A DNA stretch of 64,000 nucleotides from Octopus sinensis (GCF_006345805.1 NC_042997.1:31248001-31312000); one strand, 5' to 3'; positions 1 through 13,155 are shown, numbered from the stretch's first letter. Numbers and translations: made by a program. Notes: generated from the letters alone by a model not told the origin.

Positions 1-29
1 ACACAACACGGTCTTCGTCCACAGAATTG

Positions 30-430
30 CATTTTTCCTCAACCAGCTCTCATGTTCTAACGTCCCCCACTCTCTCTCTCCCCTCTCCCTCTCTCTCACT
101 CTTCCCCTCATTTCCTCTCTCTCACTATTCCCCTCTCTTCCCTCTCTTCCTCTCTCTCACTCCCTTCTCTTCCTCTCTCTCACTCCCTTCTCTTCCTCTC
201 TCTCACTCCCTTCTCTTCCTCTCTCTCACTCCCTTCTTTTCCTCTCTCTCACACTTCCCCTCACTTCTTCTCTCATCCTCTCTCGTCCTCTCTCTCTCGC
301 TCCCTCCCCTCTATCTTCTCTCTCTCCCTCTCTTTCCCTCTCTATTCTTCCCCTTCTCTCTCTCCCCATCTCTCCCTCCCCTCTTTCCCTCCCTCTTTCT
401 TCCCCTATCTCTCACCTCTCATCTTTCATC
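30..430 (+). repeat. polypyrimidine (CT-rich) low-complexity tract
   Basis: Nearly pure C/T, with recurring ~22-bp subunits CTTCCTCTCTCTCACTCCCTTCT. Confidence 0.9.
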
Positions 431-526
431 TACTCTCTTCCGTCCAAGCATCTACGAAAAAGTTAATCCATATGCAACCTGGAATATGTCATAGGTTTCT
501 GCAGCATTTTGCCTATATGACTCAAA

Positions 527-633
527 ACTTTATTGTTGCTTTAGCGAGCGCCAAAACGACCCGACTATATTTTGCAAACTAGTCAACTGCAAAATATAGT
601 CGGGCGTTTTGGCGCTCGCTAAAGCAATAAAGT
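527..633. repeat. long inverted repeat (hairpin)
   Basis: Arms 536-576 and 588-627 are complementary with a single 1-nt bulge. The spacer is 11 nt. Confidence 0.92.
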
Positions 634-911
634 GCTGTTACTGCCGTCTCTTACAATCTGGAATGACAAAATTTATCAGACCAGCATATTAGATGTACAG
701 TAATGATGTGCTAAAATTACAATAACTGCTTCTCTAAAACACGCGCACACACACACACCCACACAACGAACACCACACAAAAGTCACACCAGATTTGCTT
801 CTCAAATTCATGGTTTCAGGTTCAGTCCCAGACTACAGGAAAGTATCTTTTACTATAATCTCAGGCCTACCAGATCCTTGTGATACAAGTAAAAGCAGCC
901 CGTCGTGTATA

Positions 912-961
<50 letters not shown>

Positions 962-984
962 AATATGTGTGTGGTGGGGAGGTG

Positions 985-1200
985 TATGGGACCGCGTTTT
1001 GTATCGTTGGCGATTTTCTTTCTTCCGTCTTTCCTTCCTTGGACCTTTTTTTTCTTATGTTTCTGACGAAGAGCTCCGCTCGAAACGTTAAATCCTCCTC
1101 CTTTCTCTCCTTTCCTGAGCGTCCAATAACACTGTACTTGTTCTACGTCCTCGCGTTGTTGTGTTTTCTCTTTGTGTTTTCATGTTTGGAGCAACTATAT
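985..1200 (+). mobile_element. short repeat family A carrying a hammerhead motif (probable Penelope-like element remnant)
   Basis: Homologous to 2385-2592, 55360-55572 and 57711-57898. All copies abut (TA)n or (TACA)n tracts. Confidence 0.6.
1059..1093 (+). ncRNA. minimal type I hammerhead ribozyme motif
   Basis: GUUU-CUGACGA-A-GAGC(UCC)GCUC-GAAA-CG-UU/AAAU. The core is intact, stem II is 4 bp, stem I is 4 bp and helix III is an ACGU palindrome. Confidence 0.7.
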
Positions 1201-1239
1201 ATATAACGCATGCACGCGCACACATGCACATTTGTAGGA

Positions 1240-1300
<61 letters not shown>

Positions 1301-1813
1301 AATGTATGTGTGTGTGAGTGCATCTGTGTTTGTCCTTCACCGCTCGACAAACGGCGTTGATGTTTTCACGTTCAAATATTTTAATATCTTGGCAAAAGTA
1401 CCAAGCTTAAAAGAAAAAAGTACTGGATTCTATTTATTCGACTAAAATTCTTGAAGACGGTGCCCCAGCATGGCTGCAGTGTAAATTAAATTAATTTCAC
1501 TCTAAGGAGAATGGGGAGTACATTCTCCCTACATCGAGATGTGAAATGTACAGTGATTCAAAACTAAATAGTCTCTGGTTTTCAAGGGAAGAGTCAGTGA
1601 GAGAGAGAGAGAAGGGAAGAAAGCGGTATGGGGGAGAGAGAGAAAGGGGAGAGGTGGGGAGAGAGAGAGGGAGAAAGAAGATGTGGCAGATATAAACCAA
1701 CTTATTTAGATGGCTAAGAAAATAGGAAATAATAGATAAAACGGAGTTAGATACAAAGAGAGAATGATAGAGACAGAGGGAAAGATAAATAGATCGATAG
1801 GCAGACATAAGGA

Positions 1814-1845
<32 letters not shown>

Positions 1846-2457
1846 CAAAATGGGACAAGAACGCAAAACATTCAGATAGACGATACAAAAAATACGGACG
1901 GGTCATTCGAAGCCTCTAATCTTCAGTCAAAAACCGGATCATCCTCATATATTTTATTTTTATTTTTAATGAAGATATCTTAGAATTTGTAGGATTAAGT
2001 TCGATCCCTTAATAATAATAATAATAAAAAGAGAAAAATAGCCTGAGGACGCACTTGTAGACTTATGTAATAAGTATAGCCTGGTAAAACAAACCACCAG
2101 GGCAGAAACACGTGTAGCATTGATTAATATTATCTTCTTTCTTCAGACTAATAACAGGTAAGGTATATATATATATTTTAAGTATGTTTAAATAATTTAT
2201 AATTAATTCTATTGTACTTTGTTTTATTGTACGTTATAGTAGGCTTTAAAATGCTTATATAATTAGTTTAGTATTTTGGCTATAACTTTCTATGTGTACT
2301 CCACAAAATAAGGTAGTCCTGAAATTGAAGCTGTGATCCTCTTGGTAAAATCCCAAATTTGTAATATATATATATTCATTCAAAATGTGACCGCGTGTTT
2401 ACCGCTGGCGATTTTTTTTCCTCTGTCTTCCCTTCTCTGGATCTTTCCTTCTCCTAT

Positions 2458-2492
2458 GTTTCCGACGAAGAGCTCCGCTCGAAACGTTAAAC
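2458..2492 (+). ncRNA. hammerhead motif, U4C core variant
   Basis: GUUU-CCGACGA-A-GAGC(UCC)GCUC-GAAA-CG-UU/AAAC. Confidence 0.5.
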
Positions 2493-2602
2493 CCTCCTTC
2501 ATTCCTTCTTTCTTGAGCGTCCAATAATACTATATTTGTTCCACGTCCCCGCGTTGTTGTGTTTTTTTTGTGCTTTCTTGTTTGGATTAACTAATATATA
2601 TA

Positions 2603-2672
<70 letters not shown>

Positions 2673-2824
2673 AAGTAGATAAATGAATTATCTTATTACG
2701 GATTATTCAAAAGATAACCGACACCTGGGTAGCAAAAATCACAGCAGAAAAAGCACGGTTGAGGTTACGACCATGGGGCCTAAAATCCTTGCCTTAGTGC
2801 GGAAATTTGAAGTTTTATATATTT

Positions 2825-3003
2825 AGTGTAGGAAGAAATGGAGCTAACGAAGATTTAACAAAATTCCTTTCATTATTTTCTACATATGTTTCAAAGGCTG
2901 CAAAGTCCCTAATTAGGGACTTTGCAGCCTTTTGAAACATATGTAGAAAATAATGAAAAGGAATTTTGTTAAATCTTCGTTCAGCTCCATTTCTTCCTAC
3001 ACT
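2825..3003. repeat. spacer-less palindrome with ~88-bp arms
   Basis: Centre GTCCCTAA|TTAGGGAC at 2912/2913. The arms differ by three single-base indels. Confidence 0.93.
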
Positions 3004-3925
3004 ATATATATATATATGTAGAGAGAGAGTGAGAGAGAGAGAGAGGGGGGAGAGAGAGAGAGACAGAGTAGCATATTAATATGTAATCATAAGATTAATA
3101 ACATTGGAAGGCTAAATGCAAAATAGAAGGGTGCAGAGAAAGAAAGAGAAATGTTAGATATAGATAAATGATAAGCGAACATATAGCATTTTCATTCGAC
3201 AGCGTTGCAATAAGAGTGAATATGAATGTGATGTATGAGCTCCAATTAGATCCCATTTCAACAACACGCAAGGAGAACTACGTAAGAAGGGTTAAACGGT
3301 AAAGAAAAGAAAGGCATATTAAAAGCAAGCAGGTGTATCACTCTATGCAGCCATTCCGAAATCAAATATAGTAGCAATTCAGCACGTCATTTCATATTGT
3401 CTGGACTTTGTCAAGTTCCGAGAAAAATGTTAGGCGTTTAAGTCTTTCTATAACACGGTTTATTCCATTGACATTGACAGCTTTGCCTCGTCATATCCTG
3501 TTATACAAACTTGCATAAATACACAAAGACATGAATACATACGTACACACATACATACATATATAAATATTTATATGTATGTATATATATTATATATAAT
3601 ATATATTACATATATATATATAATGCATTCATACATATACACACACATATAAGCATGCAGACATAATATGTACACAAATACACCCATTTGTGTATACTAT
3701 ACGTATGTGTTTGTCAGTGGCATGTATGTATAAGTGTATGTGTGTATATGTATATGTATATATATATATGTATATATATATATATAATATTATATATATA
3801 TACATGTAGTAAGTGCTTCTGTGTATTGTCTGTCACTCTGCTCTCTCTGTGTATGTACACAGCATACACGCACACGAAACACTCACATACATACATACAT
3901 ACTACATACATACATATAAATATTA

Positions 3926-4449
3926 AAATGACCAAATGTTGCTTATATACACATGTTTACAATGTAAGCTTCTATTACAAGAGCTGTTTCTATATCCGAA
4001 TGCTATGTATGTATATATACATACATATATGCAAATATATTTGCATATATATATGTATATATATAATATAATATATTATATATATATATTTGAATGTATG
4101 TAGTATATATATATATATGAAGTATGTATGTATGTATGTATATGCATATATATATATGTATATTTCAATGTATGTATGTATGTATATATATATGAATGTA
4201 TGTATGTGTACACACATATACATGCGGGCACATATATACATGCGGACACATATTTTATACAAACGAACGGCAATTACAAACACACCAACCACACAGCGAC
4301 TATTTTGTTTCATTACATTATTTTCTTTCTTTTGTTTTTGTTCGTTTGTTTCCTCTTAGCGTTGGTCTTTCTTTCGCATCCATGATGAAACATTCTCTAT
4401 TCTATTAGCGGTTCATGAAACACACATCTAGTATACTTCATAAGTGTTT

Positions 4450-4480
<31 letters not shown>

Positions 4481-6084
4481 TAAGATTTCGTGGATCAAAC
4501 TACAAGTCAAACAACTTTCAAACTATAAATGGAAGCACTGTATGCTGCCATACTCAAGTCTCGCAGCATTGCTTGCAGCTTTCATAATGTAAAATCTTTC
4601 CTGCCAGCGCTCACTGCGCTTGTTGTAGTGAAATGTCATTACAGTATCCGACGCGGAGCAGCTCATACATACCTACATACATACATACATACATACATAC
4701 ATACATACATACATACATCATACACACATGCATACATGCATACATACATCATACAATATCATACATACATACATCAAACATACATACATACATACATACA
4801 TACATACATACATCATACATACATACATCCATACATACATACATACTACATACATACATACATCCATACATATAGATACATACATACATACACATACATA
4901 CATACATCATATACAAAACATACATACATACATACATACATACATACATACTACATACATACATAATGACATGCATACATACATACATAACATGCATACA
5001 TGCATACATACATACATGCATACATAGATCCATACATACATAATACATGCATCATACATGCATACTACATACATACATACATACATACATAATACATACA
5101 TACATACATGCAACATACATACATGCAATGCATACATACATACATGCATGCATACATACATACATACATACATACATACATACATGCATGCACAATACAT
5201 CCATACAGTCATACATACATACATGCATACATACATCATACATCATCATGCATCATTCATACATACCTACATACATACATACATACATACATACATACAT
5301 GAATGCATACATGCACATACATACAATCATGCATACATACATACATACATACATACATACATGCACATACATCCACATACATACATACATACATACATAC
5401 ATACACTACATACAACACATACACACACATCCATACACACATACAACACATACATACATACATACATACACCATACATACATCATACATACATGCATACA
5501 TACATACATCATACATACATACATACTACATACATACATATAATATCATAAATGACCAAATGTTGCTTTATATACACTGTTTACAATGTAAGCTTCTATT
5601 ACAAGAGCGTGTTTCTATATCCGATGCTATGTTATGTATATATCATACAAAAAATATATGCAAATATATTTGCATATATATATGTATTATATATATATAT
5701 ATATAATATATATATATATTTGAATTATGATGTATATATAATATATATGAATGTATGTATGTATGTATGTATATGCATATATATATATGTATATTTCAAT
5801 GTATGTATGTATGTATATATATATGAATGTATGTATTTGTACAACACATATACATGCGGGCACATATATACATGCGGACACATATTTTATACAAACGAAC
5901 GGCAATTACAAACACACCAACCACACAGGCGACTATTTTGTTTCATTACATTATTTTTTATTTCTTTTTGTTTTTGTTCGTTTGTTTCCTCTTAGCGTTG
6001 GTCTTTCTTTCGCATCCATGATGAAACATTCTCTATTCTATTAGCGTTCATGAAACACACATCTAGTATACTTCATAAGTGTTT

Positions 6085-6115
<31 letters not shown>

Positions 6116-7050
6116 TAAGAGATTCGTGGATCAAACTACAAGTCAAACACTTTCAAACTATAAATGGAAGCACTGTATGCTGCCATATCAAGTCTCGCAG
6201 CATTGCTTGCAGCTTTCATTGTAAAATCTTTCCTGCCAGCGCTCACTGCGCTTGTTGTAGTGAAATGTCATTACAGTATCCGACGCGGAGCAGCTCATAC
6301 ATACCTACATACATACATACATAATACATACATACATACATACATACATACATACACACATGCATACATACATACATACATGCATACATACATACATACA
6401 TGCATACATACATCATACATACATACATACATACATACTACATACATACATACATACATACATACACATGCATACATACATACATACATGCATACATACA
6501 TACATATCATGCATACATCAATACATACATACATACATACATACATACACTACATACATACATACATATACATACATACATACAATACATGCATACATAC
6601 ATACATGAATGCATACATACATACATACATACATACATGCATACATACATCACATACATACTACATACATACATGCATGCAATACATATCATACATACAT
6701 GATACATACATACATGCATGCATACATACATGCATGCATGCATGCATACATACATACATACATACATACATACATAACATACATGAATGCATACATACAT
6801 ACATACATACTACATGCATACATACATACATACATACATACATGCATACATGCATACATACATACATGCATACATACATACATACATACATACATACATA
6901 CATACATACATACACACACACATACATACACACACATACACACATACATACATACATCATACATACATACATACATACATACATACATACATGCATACAT
7001 ACATACATACATACATACATACATACATACATACATACTACATACATATA
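3926..7050 (+). repeat. tandem duplication, period ~1.62 kb, each unit ending in a long (TACA)n tract
   Basis: The anchor AAATGACCAAATGTTGC occurs at 3926 and 5550. Unique parts 4230-4665 and 5855-6295 are near-identical. Confidence 0.9.
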
Positions 7051-7380
7051 AATAATGGTCATAGCATATTTTACTTTATTGTAGTAAATAGCACCGTGTT
7101 AAATTTTCTAAAATAATGTAAAATATGTAATGATGATTATTATTTATACCTTGTCTAGTAAATCACGCTGTGTAAAGACAAGTATAACCTGAGTACAACT
7201 ACGGATTTACGATATGGAACGGTGATGAACTATAACCGCAGACCCTGAGTTCTTTACTAATCTAAACTATTGCTAACCTGGAGTACAAAGAGACTGCTTA
7301 TAAATTATTCTGCCCGCACTGCTAATCCCTCAATTATAACTATGTGTGTGTGTGTATGTGTGTGTGTGTGTGTGTGTGTG

Positions 7381-7425
<45 letters not shown>

Positions 7426-7589
7426 TGCGTGCGCGTGTCTGTATTAGGTGATTGAAATCAGCTTTAAAATATTCGTATTCAGCCGAAGAAAGTTTCTATC
7501 CATTTCTTCTTCCAGTTATCGCCTCTTTCCTTTGACAGTCGCTCAATTCTGACCCTAGAAAGATTTTCTAACCAGAAAGATTTCTAATT

Positions 7590-8189
7590 AGGCGGCGAGC
7601 TGGCAGAAACGTTAGCACGCCGGCGAAATACACAGCCGTATTTCGTCTGCCGTTACGTTCTGAGTTCAAATTCCGCCGAGGTCGACTTTGCCTTTCATCC
7701 TTTCAGGGTCGATTAAACAAGTACCACATACGCACTGAGGTCAATATAATCGACTTAATCCGTTTGTCTGTCCTTGTTTTTCCTCTCTGTATTTAGCCCC
7801 TTGTGGGTAGTAAAGAAATAAGTATTTCGTCTGCCGTTACGTTCTGGGTTCAAATTCCGCCGAGGTCGACTTTGCATTTCATCCTTTCAGGGTCGATTAA
7901 ATAAGTACCACATACGCACTGAGGTCAATATAATCGACTGAATCCGTTTGTCTGTCCTTGTTTTTCCTCTCTGTATTTAGCCCCTTATAAGTAGTAAAGA
8001 AATAAGTATTTCGTCTGCCGTTACGTTCTGGGTTCAAATTCCGGCGAGGTCGACTTTGCCTTTCATCCTTTCTGGGTCGATTAAATAAGTACCAGTTACG
8101 CACTGGAGTCGATATAATCGACTTAATTCGTTTGTCGGTCCTTGTTTGTATTCTCTGTGTGTAGTCCCTTGTGGGTAGTAAAGAAATAA
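7590..8189 (+). mobile_element. tRNA-derived SINE family A, tandem trimer
   Basis: Head GGCGGCGAGCTGGCAGAAACGTTAGC, B-box-like GAGTTCAAATTCC and three 184-bp units (7638, 7822, 8006). A 14-bp TSD flanks the whole array. Confidence 0.88.
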
Positions 8190-8394
8190 GAAAGATTTCT
8201 AACCAGGCATCTCCTACACAGTCCTACACTTTTTAATACTTGAAGATAATGCTCTTTACAAAAGTTGTCATGTATACAATACAGGATTACGATTCATAGG
8301 AAAATATTTATTCTTGTTACGTCCATATTTAAAACATAATTCTATTTCTAACTTTCTCTAGTTAAAAAAAATTGTATGTATATATGTATGCATA

Positions 8395-8808
8395 TTCTCT
8401 TTTACTATTTTACTTGTTTCAGTAATTTGACTGCGGCCATGCTGGAGCACCGCCTTTAGTCGAGCAAATCGACCCCAGGACTTATTTTTTGTAAGCCTAG
8501 TACTTATTCTATCGGTCTCTTTTACCGAACCACTAAGTTACGGGGACATAAATACACCAGCATCGGTTGTGAAGCGATGTTGGGGGAACAAACACAGACA
8601 CACAAATACACACACACACATATATATACATATTTACATATACATATATACGACGGGCTTCTTTCAGTTTCCGTCTACCAAATCCACTCACAAGGCTTTG
8701 GTCGGCCCGAGGCTATAGTAGAAGACACTTGCCCAAGGTACCACGCAGAGGGACTTAACCCGGAACCATGTGGTTGGTAAACAAGCTACTTACCACACAG
8801 CCACTCCT
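8395..8808 (-). mobile_element. tRNA-derived SINE family B, full copy
   Basis: Minus-strand head GGAGTGGCTGTGTGGTAAGTAGC..GGGTTAAGTCCC, an internal (TG/TA) tract and a (TAAAAGAG)-type tail. Confidence 0.85.
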
Positions 8809-8825
8809 ACACATAAGACAACACA

Positions 8826-9098
8826 ACTGAAAGAAGCCCGTCGTATATATGTATATGTAAATATGTATATATATGTGTGTGTGTATTTATGTGTCTATGT
8901 TTGTCCCCGCCAACATCGCTTGACAACCGATGCTGGTGTGTTTACGTCCCCGTAACTTAGTGGTTCGGTAAAAGAGACCGATAGAATAAGTACTAGGCTT
9001 ACAAAAAATAAGTCCTGGGGTCGATTTGCTCGACTAAAGGCGGTGCGCCAGCATGGCCACAGTCAAATGACTGAAATAAGTAAAAGAGAGTAAAAGAG
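8826..9098 (+). mobile_element. SINE family B, 3' half
   Basis: Reverse complement of 8395-8668. Confidence 0.85.
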
Positions 9099-9989
9099 AA
9101 CCAAACGCATACATAATCACGTGCATTGATGCACTCATGCGCAGAGAAACGCATCCACACGCATTTCATACATACTCACACATACTTACGCGCTCTGTCT
9201 CTGTCGCTCTCTTTCTTTCACACTCCCTCCCTCCCTCACTCATTCACCCACTAACTCGCTCATTCTCTCATTCATTTACTGTGAATACACATATCACTTT
9301 ATCTCCTCAACTTCGAATCCACGTCTGCATAAATATCTCTGTCTCTCTCTCTCTCTATTCACCTGTCTGTAACTCCTTCGCACTCCCTGACCCTCCCGCT
9401 CTCTGTATCACTATATCTCACCTATTTCGTCGTCTCTATAATTGTCTCCCTTTCTCTCTGTCCCTCTGTCTGTTTCTCCACATCCAATCTCGCTCTAGCT
9501 ATCCACATCTGTCTCCTTTCTCCACTCTTTCTTTCTCACTTCCCTCCTAACTACTCGTCTCGCCCTTGTATTTACGTCGTTCAACGCCCTCTACCGGACA
9601 TTAAACTGTGTAAACGATGCTTTTATTGGGGCAGTCATTGTTGTTCTGTCAAAGCACCGTTAGACGTTGTGCTTTTTCCAGCTCCGTTTCCACTTGTCAA
9701 AAGAAAGCTACCTTAAACAGATACCGTCAACGTTTCCGTCTTACGCACCTATTTGGGACAATGGAAGGGGGAGTGTAAGAGGAAGGAGAGGAGCGTTGTT
9801 GTAGTAAGAAGTGTGTGGCTGAGGGAGTAATGTCGCGCTTTGTTTCCGATAGCTTCGTTTAACACGGTTGAGGCTGTTTAACAAATATATTCAAGCATAC
9901 GTATACATACATACATACATACTTAAATATATACATACATATACAGATACAGGCACACACACGCGCGTGTGCGTGTAGTATGTGTATAC

Positions 9990-10207
9990 TCTCTCTCTTT
10001 TACTCTCTTTTACTTGTTTCAGTCATCTGACTGCGGCCATGCTGGAGCACCGCCTTTAGTCGAGCAAATCAACCCCAGGACTTATTCTTTTGTAAGCCCA
10101 GCACTTATTCTATCGATCTCTTTTTGCCGAACCGCTAAGTGACGGGGACGTAAACACACCAGCATCGGTTGTCAAGCAATGCTAGGGGGACAAACACAGA
10201 CACACAA

Positions 10208-10261
<54 letters not shown>

Positions 10262-10301
10262 GACAGGCTTCTTTCAGTTACCGTCTACCAAATCCACTCA
10301 C
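9990..10301 (-). mobile_element. SINE family B, 5'-truncated
   Basis: Same tail and body as 8395 and 36418. Confidence 0.85.
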
Positions 10302-10522
10302 TTAAATATATACATACATATACAAATACAGATACACACGCGCGCGCATGCGTGCAGTCGATGCATGTGTGTAACATCTGGAGATTAACGCAATTTTCGT
10401 AACTTAGTCGCAAATGTAAACCAGCAAACGAATACATATTTACATAAGCAATTGCACGCACAAACAGACACATGCGCGCGCACACACACACGCACACTCA
10501 CACACACACACACTCACACACA

Positions 10523-10553
<31 letters not shown>

Positions 10554-11734
10554 TACACACATTCATTCGCACTGCCACATGCACGAACACATGTATGTGG
10601 TCTAGATTTAAGGGTGACTGAGGGAGTGTTTTCTCGATGTGGAAGAGAAATTCTTACCTCTCTGAATGAATTAATGCACACGCACGCACGCACGCACACA
10701 CACACCACACACACACACACGACTAATTCGCCCATATATTAATCACTTTCTTTCATGTATCCACTTAAAGGTACTCATAGATTAGCGATATAAAACTTTT
10801 ATTAGACTATGCTATGTGTTAGACTATGTCAGACGATTCTGTATGGCTGCGGCTTTGATTCCTTTGTATAATATATGCAGGGAACTCTTGCACTCGCAGT
10901 TATTAACACCATTCCTATATCGCAGTCTTAGTTTCACTTTGTTTGCACTCTTGCGTTACTCTTTTTCCCCTTCCATGTGGAAAACACTCAGGCGCTGCTT
11001 GGCATTTACTCTCACCATCTTCATGATTATGCATTGCTGTTTTACTGTCCTATCAATAATATTCAATGTTTGGTTATGTCAGTAAGAATATTTTGTCACT
11101 GGTGTATAACCACTAACTGGCGATACCAAGTTGTTTCATTCCAGCTACAACATAAAAGATTGGCTAGAAAGAGAAGCACATCGTAGATCAATCTCAAGAG
11201 AAATCATAACCTGACATCGTTATGAGAATGATCCACAATATCTTTCTTCGCTCAATCTAATACAATGCTGATCATTTGCTTAAGCTGCTTAAATCTCCTG
11301 CTTTTGATGCAGGCCCTTTCTCTTCAATATAAAGAAATTTTCTGGTTTCGATATCTTGCTGGTCTTTTTTTTTTATTCTTGCAGGGCGTTCATTTTCTGA
11401 CAAATTCAGTCAAGACCGTGTTCTTGAGAGCCTACGACCTTCTGGCAATTTGTTCTAACAATAGTGCACAGTTCAAGGACTGATCTCCTTCAATTAAAGG
11501 GACAAAGAAAATTGAATCTGCCTTCACATCATTCGTAATTAATTTTAACTTTACTCATACTGATATTTAATTGCTATTTTCTATTTACCCGTGTCTTTTT
11601 TTCAAACGATAATAGCCTTTTTTTTTAATGACTGTAAACTCACAAACTTTTCCCCAACACTCAGAATCCATGAACATTTTGGGGTCCTATGTTGCTAACA
11701 TTAAGAAAGACTGCCTTTTATGCAGTAGGTTAAC

Positions 11735-11990
11735 CGAGATTATATGTAACAAGCTTCAGAGCATCTAACAATAGGAGAGGGGCTTTCTCCATCCGGGTTG
11801 TGGATCCGTGGAATAAGCTGCCGGACGAGATAGTGAATATGCCGACAACCGCTCGGTTCAAAGTTCTTTTGACCAGAAATGATCTGAACTCTTTGCATGA
11901 ACACCCTCCCTGTACATAACTCCATGTCCCCCTACATGGCCTTGTTTTTTGCTTTTTGAGCCAAAAACTTAACTTAACTTAACTTAACAA
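11735..11990 (+). mobile_element. CR1-like LINE 3' end with (TTAAC)n tail
   Basis: Reads RRGAFSIRVVDPWNKLPDEIVNMPTTARFK, the typical CR1 C-terminal FS.RVV..WN.LP..FK pattern. A UTR and CTTAACTTAACTTAAC follow. The 3' tip recurs inverted at 19082-19150. Confidence 0.8.
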
Positions 11991-12753
11991 TCAAATTCTT
12001 TAAAGTCAACAAAACTTGTTTTCTTCAGGGCGTTTGTAGAGAGTACTCTACGGAACTGAAACCTGGATTTTGAGAAAAGAGTTTCAGATCACCTTGATGG
12101 TACATAAATCAGGCTTCGAACCTTCGAAGCAATGCATGAGCAGAAAACCGAAGACAAGATTTATAGATATATCTATTAAACTGAACTATTATAGCTCGAT
12201 GCAGGGCGTGCTGGTCACTGCCATCATGATGAACAACAGGCTATATCAGATGTATTTAGTAAAGTTTTGCATCTTAGTAAAGGTCGAACATAAATACAAC
12301 TACATCGATGTTATTGGCAGTGGCACACAGTACAAGACCAAGGATTTATCAAGCATACAGAAAGACAGAGATTCATGTCGTTGCATTGTGAGGGGTATCT
12401 CGGTTGCCTGAAGAATATACACACACACGCACGTACACACACGTACACACACACACTCACAGATATGCACACGCGCACGCGCACACGTAGACAACACACA
12501 CACATACACACACACACTCACACATAACATACACATACAGACACATAAACGCACATACAATTGATCGAAGGGGGCCATCGTGGTTTGTGGGTTTAAAAGC
12601 CCCATTTATCTCACACAGATAAACATGTATTATACTCTACACACTTTCAACGCATGATCTCATTGCATAATTTTATGCATACATACTTGTCTACATATCA
12701 ATACATAAATACACACACATATATGTGTGTTTGTATGTAGTGTGTATATAGAC

Positions 12754-12787
<34 letters not shown>

Positions 12788-12814
12788 ATATAATATATAT
12801 ATATATATATATAT

Positions 12815-13105
12815 CACGTGAGCACGCGATCGACCGGCTATCAGATGTTGCTACACATCGCTGGTCACAATGCCCTTTGCATTGTTTTAGCCTTCAAATG
12901 ACGCCACCAGAAGAAAGAATGAGAGAAAGTTGCGGCGAAAGAGTATAGCAGGATCGCCACCACGCCCTGCCGGAGCCTCGTGGAGCATTTAGGTGTTTTC
13001 GCTCAATAACACTCACAACGCCTGGTCTGGGAATCGAAACCGCGATCGCAAACCGTGATCCCACAACCGCGAGTCCGCTGCCCTAACCACTGGGTCATTG
13101 CGCCT

Positions 13106-13108
<3 letters not shown>
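12815..13108 (-). mobile_element. SINE with family C head and a different tail
   Basis: The head and 5' body are the reverse complement of 20202-20380. Confidence 0.8.

Positions 13109-13155
<47 letters not shown>

Noticed and set aside
27-494. 155-aa Ser/Leu/Pro ORF
   Set aside because: It is a translation of a polypyrimidine tract.
1860-1945. Repeat family (also 22725-22815 inverted and 53030-53120) with CTGAAGA and GAAA on one strand, as a type II hammerhead
   Set aside because: Stems I and II cannot be closed around the core in the required geometry.
3688-7116. Long H/T/Y/I and M/Y/V/C ORFs up to 295 aa
   Set aside because: They are translations of (TACA)n and (TA)n tracts, which lack stops by composition.
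7590-8189. Regularly spaced repeats resembling a CRISPR array
   Set aside because: The units are 184-bp SINE bodies with no unique spacers and no cas genes, in animal DNA.
11130-11480. Possible decayed Tc1-like transposase on the minus strand
   Set aside because: Only short resemblances (TEFVRK, ILWII) with many stops, which I cannot support without an alignment.
12278-12387. Possible plus-strand exon KVEHKYNYIDVIGSGTQYKTKDLSSIQKDRDSCRCI
   Set aside because: AG/GT bounded and open, but with a weak acceptor, no recognised homolog and no partner exons. Left unresolved.
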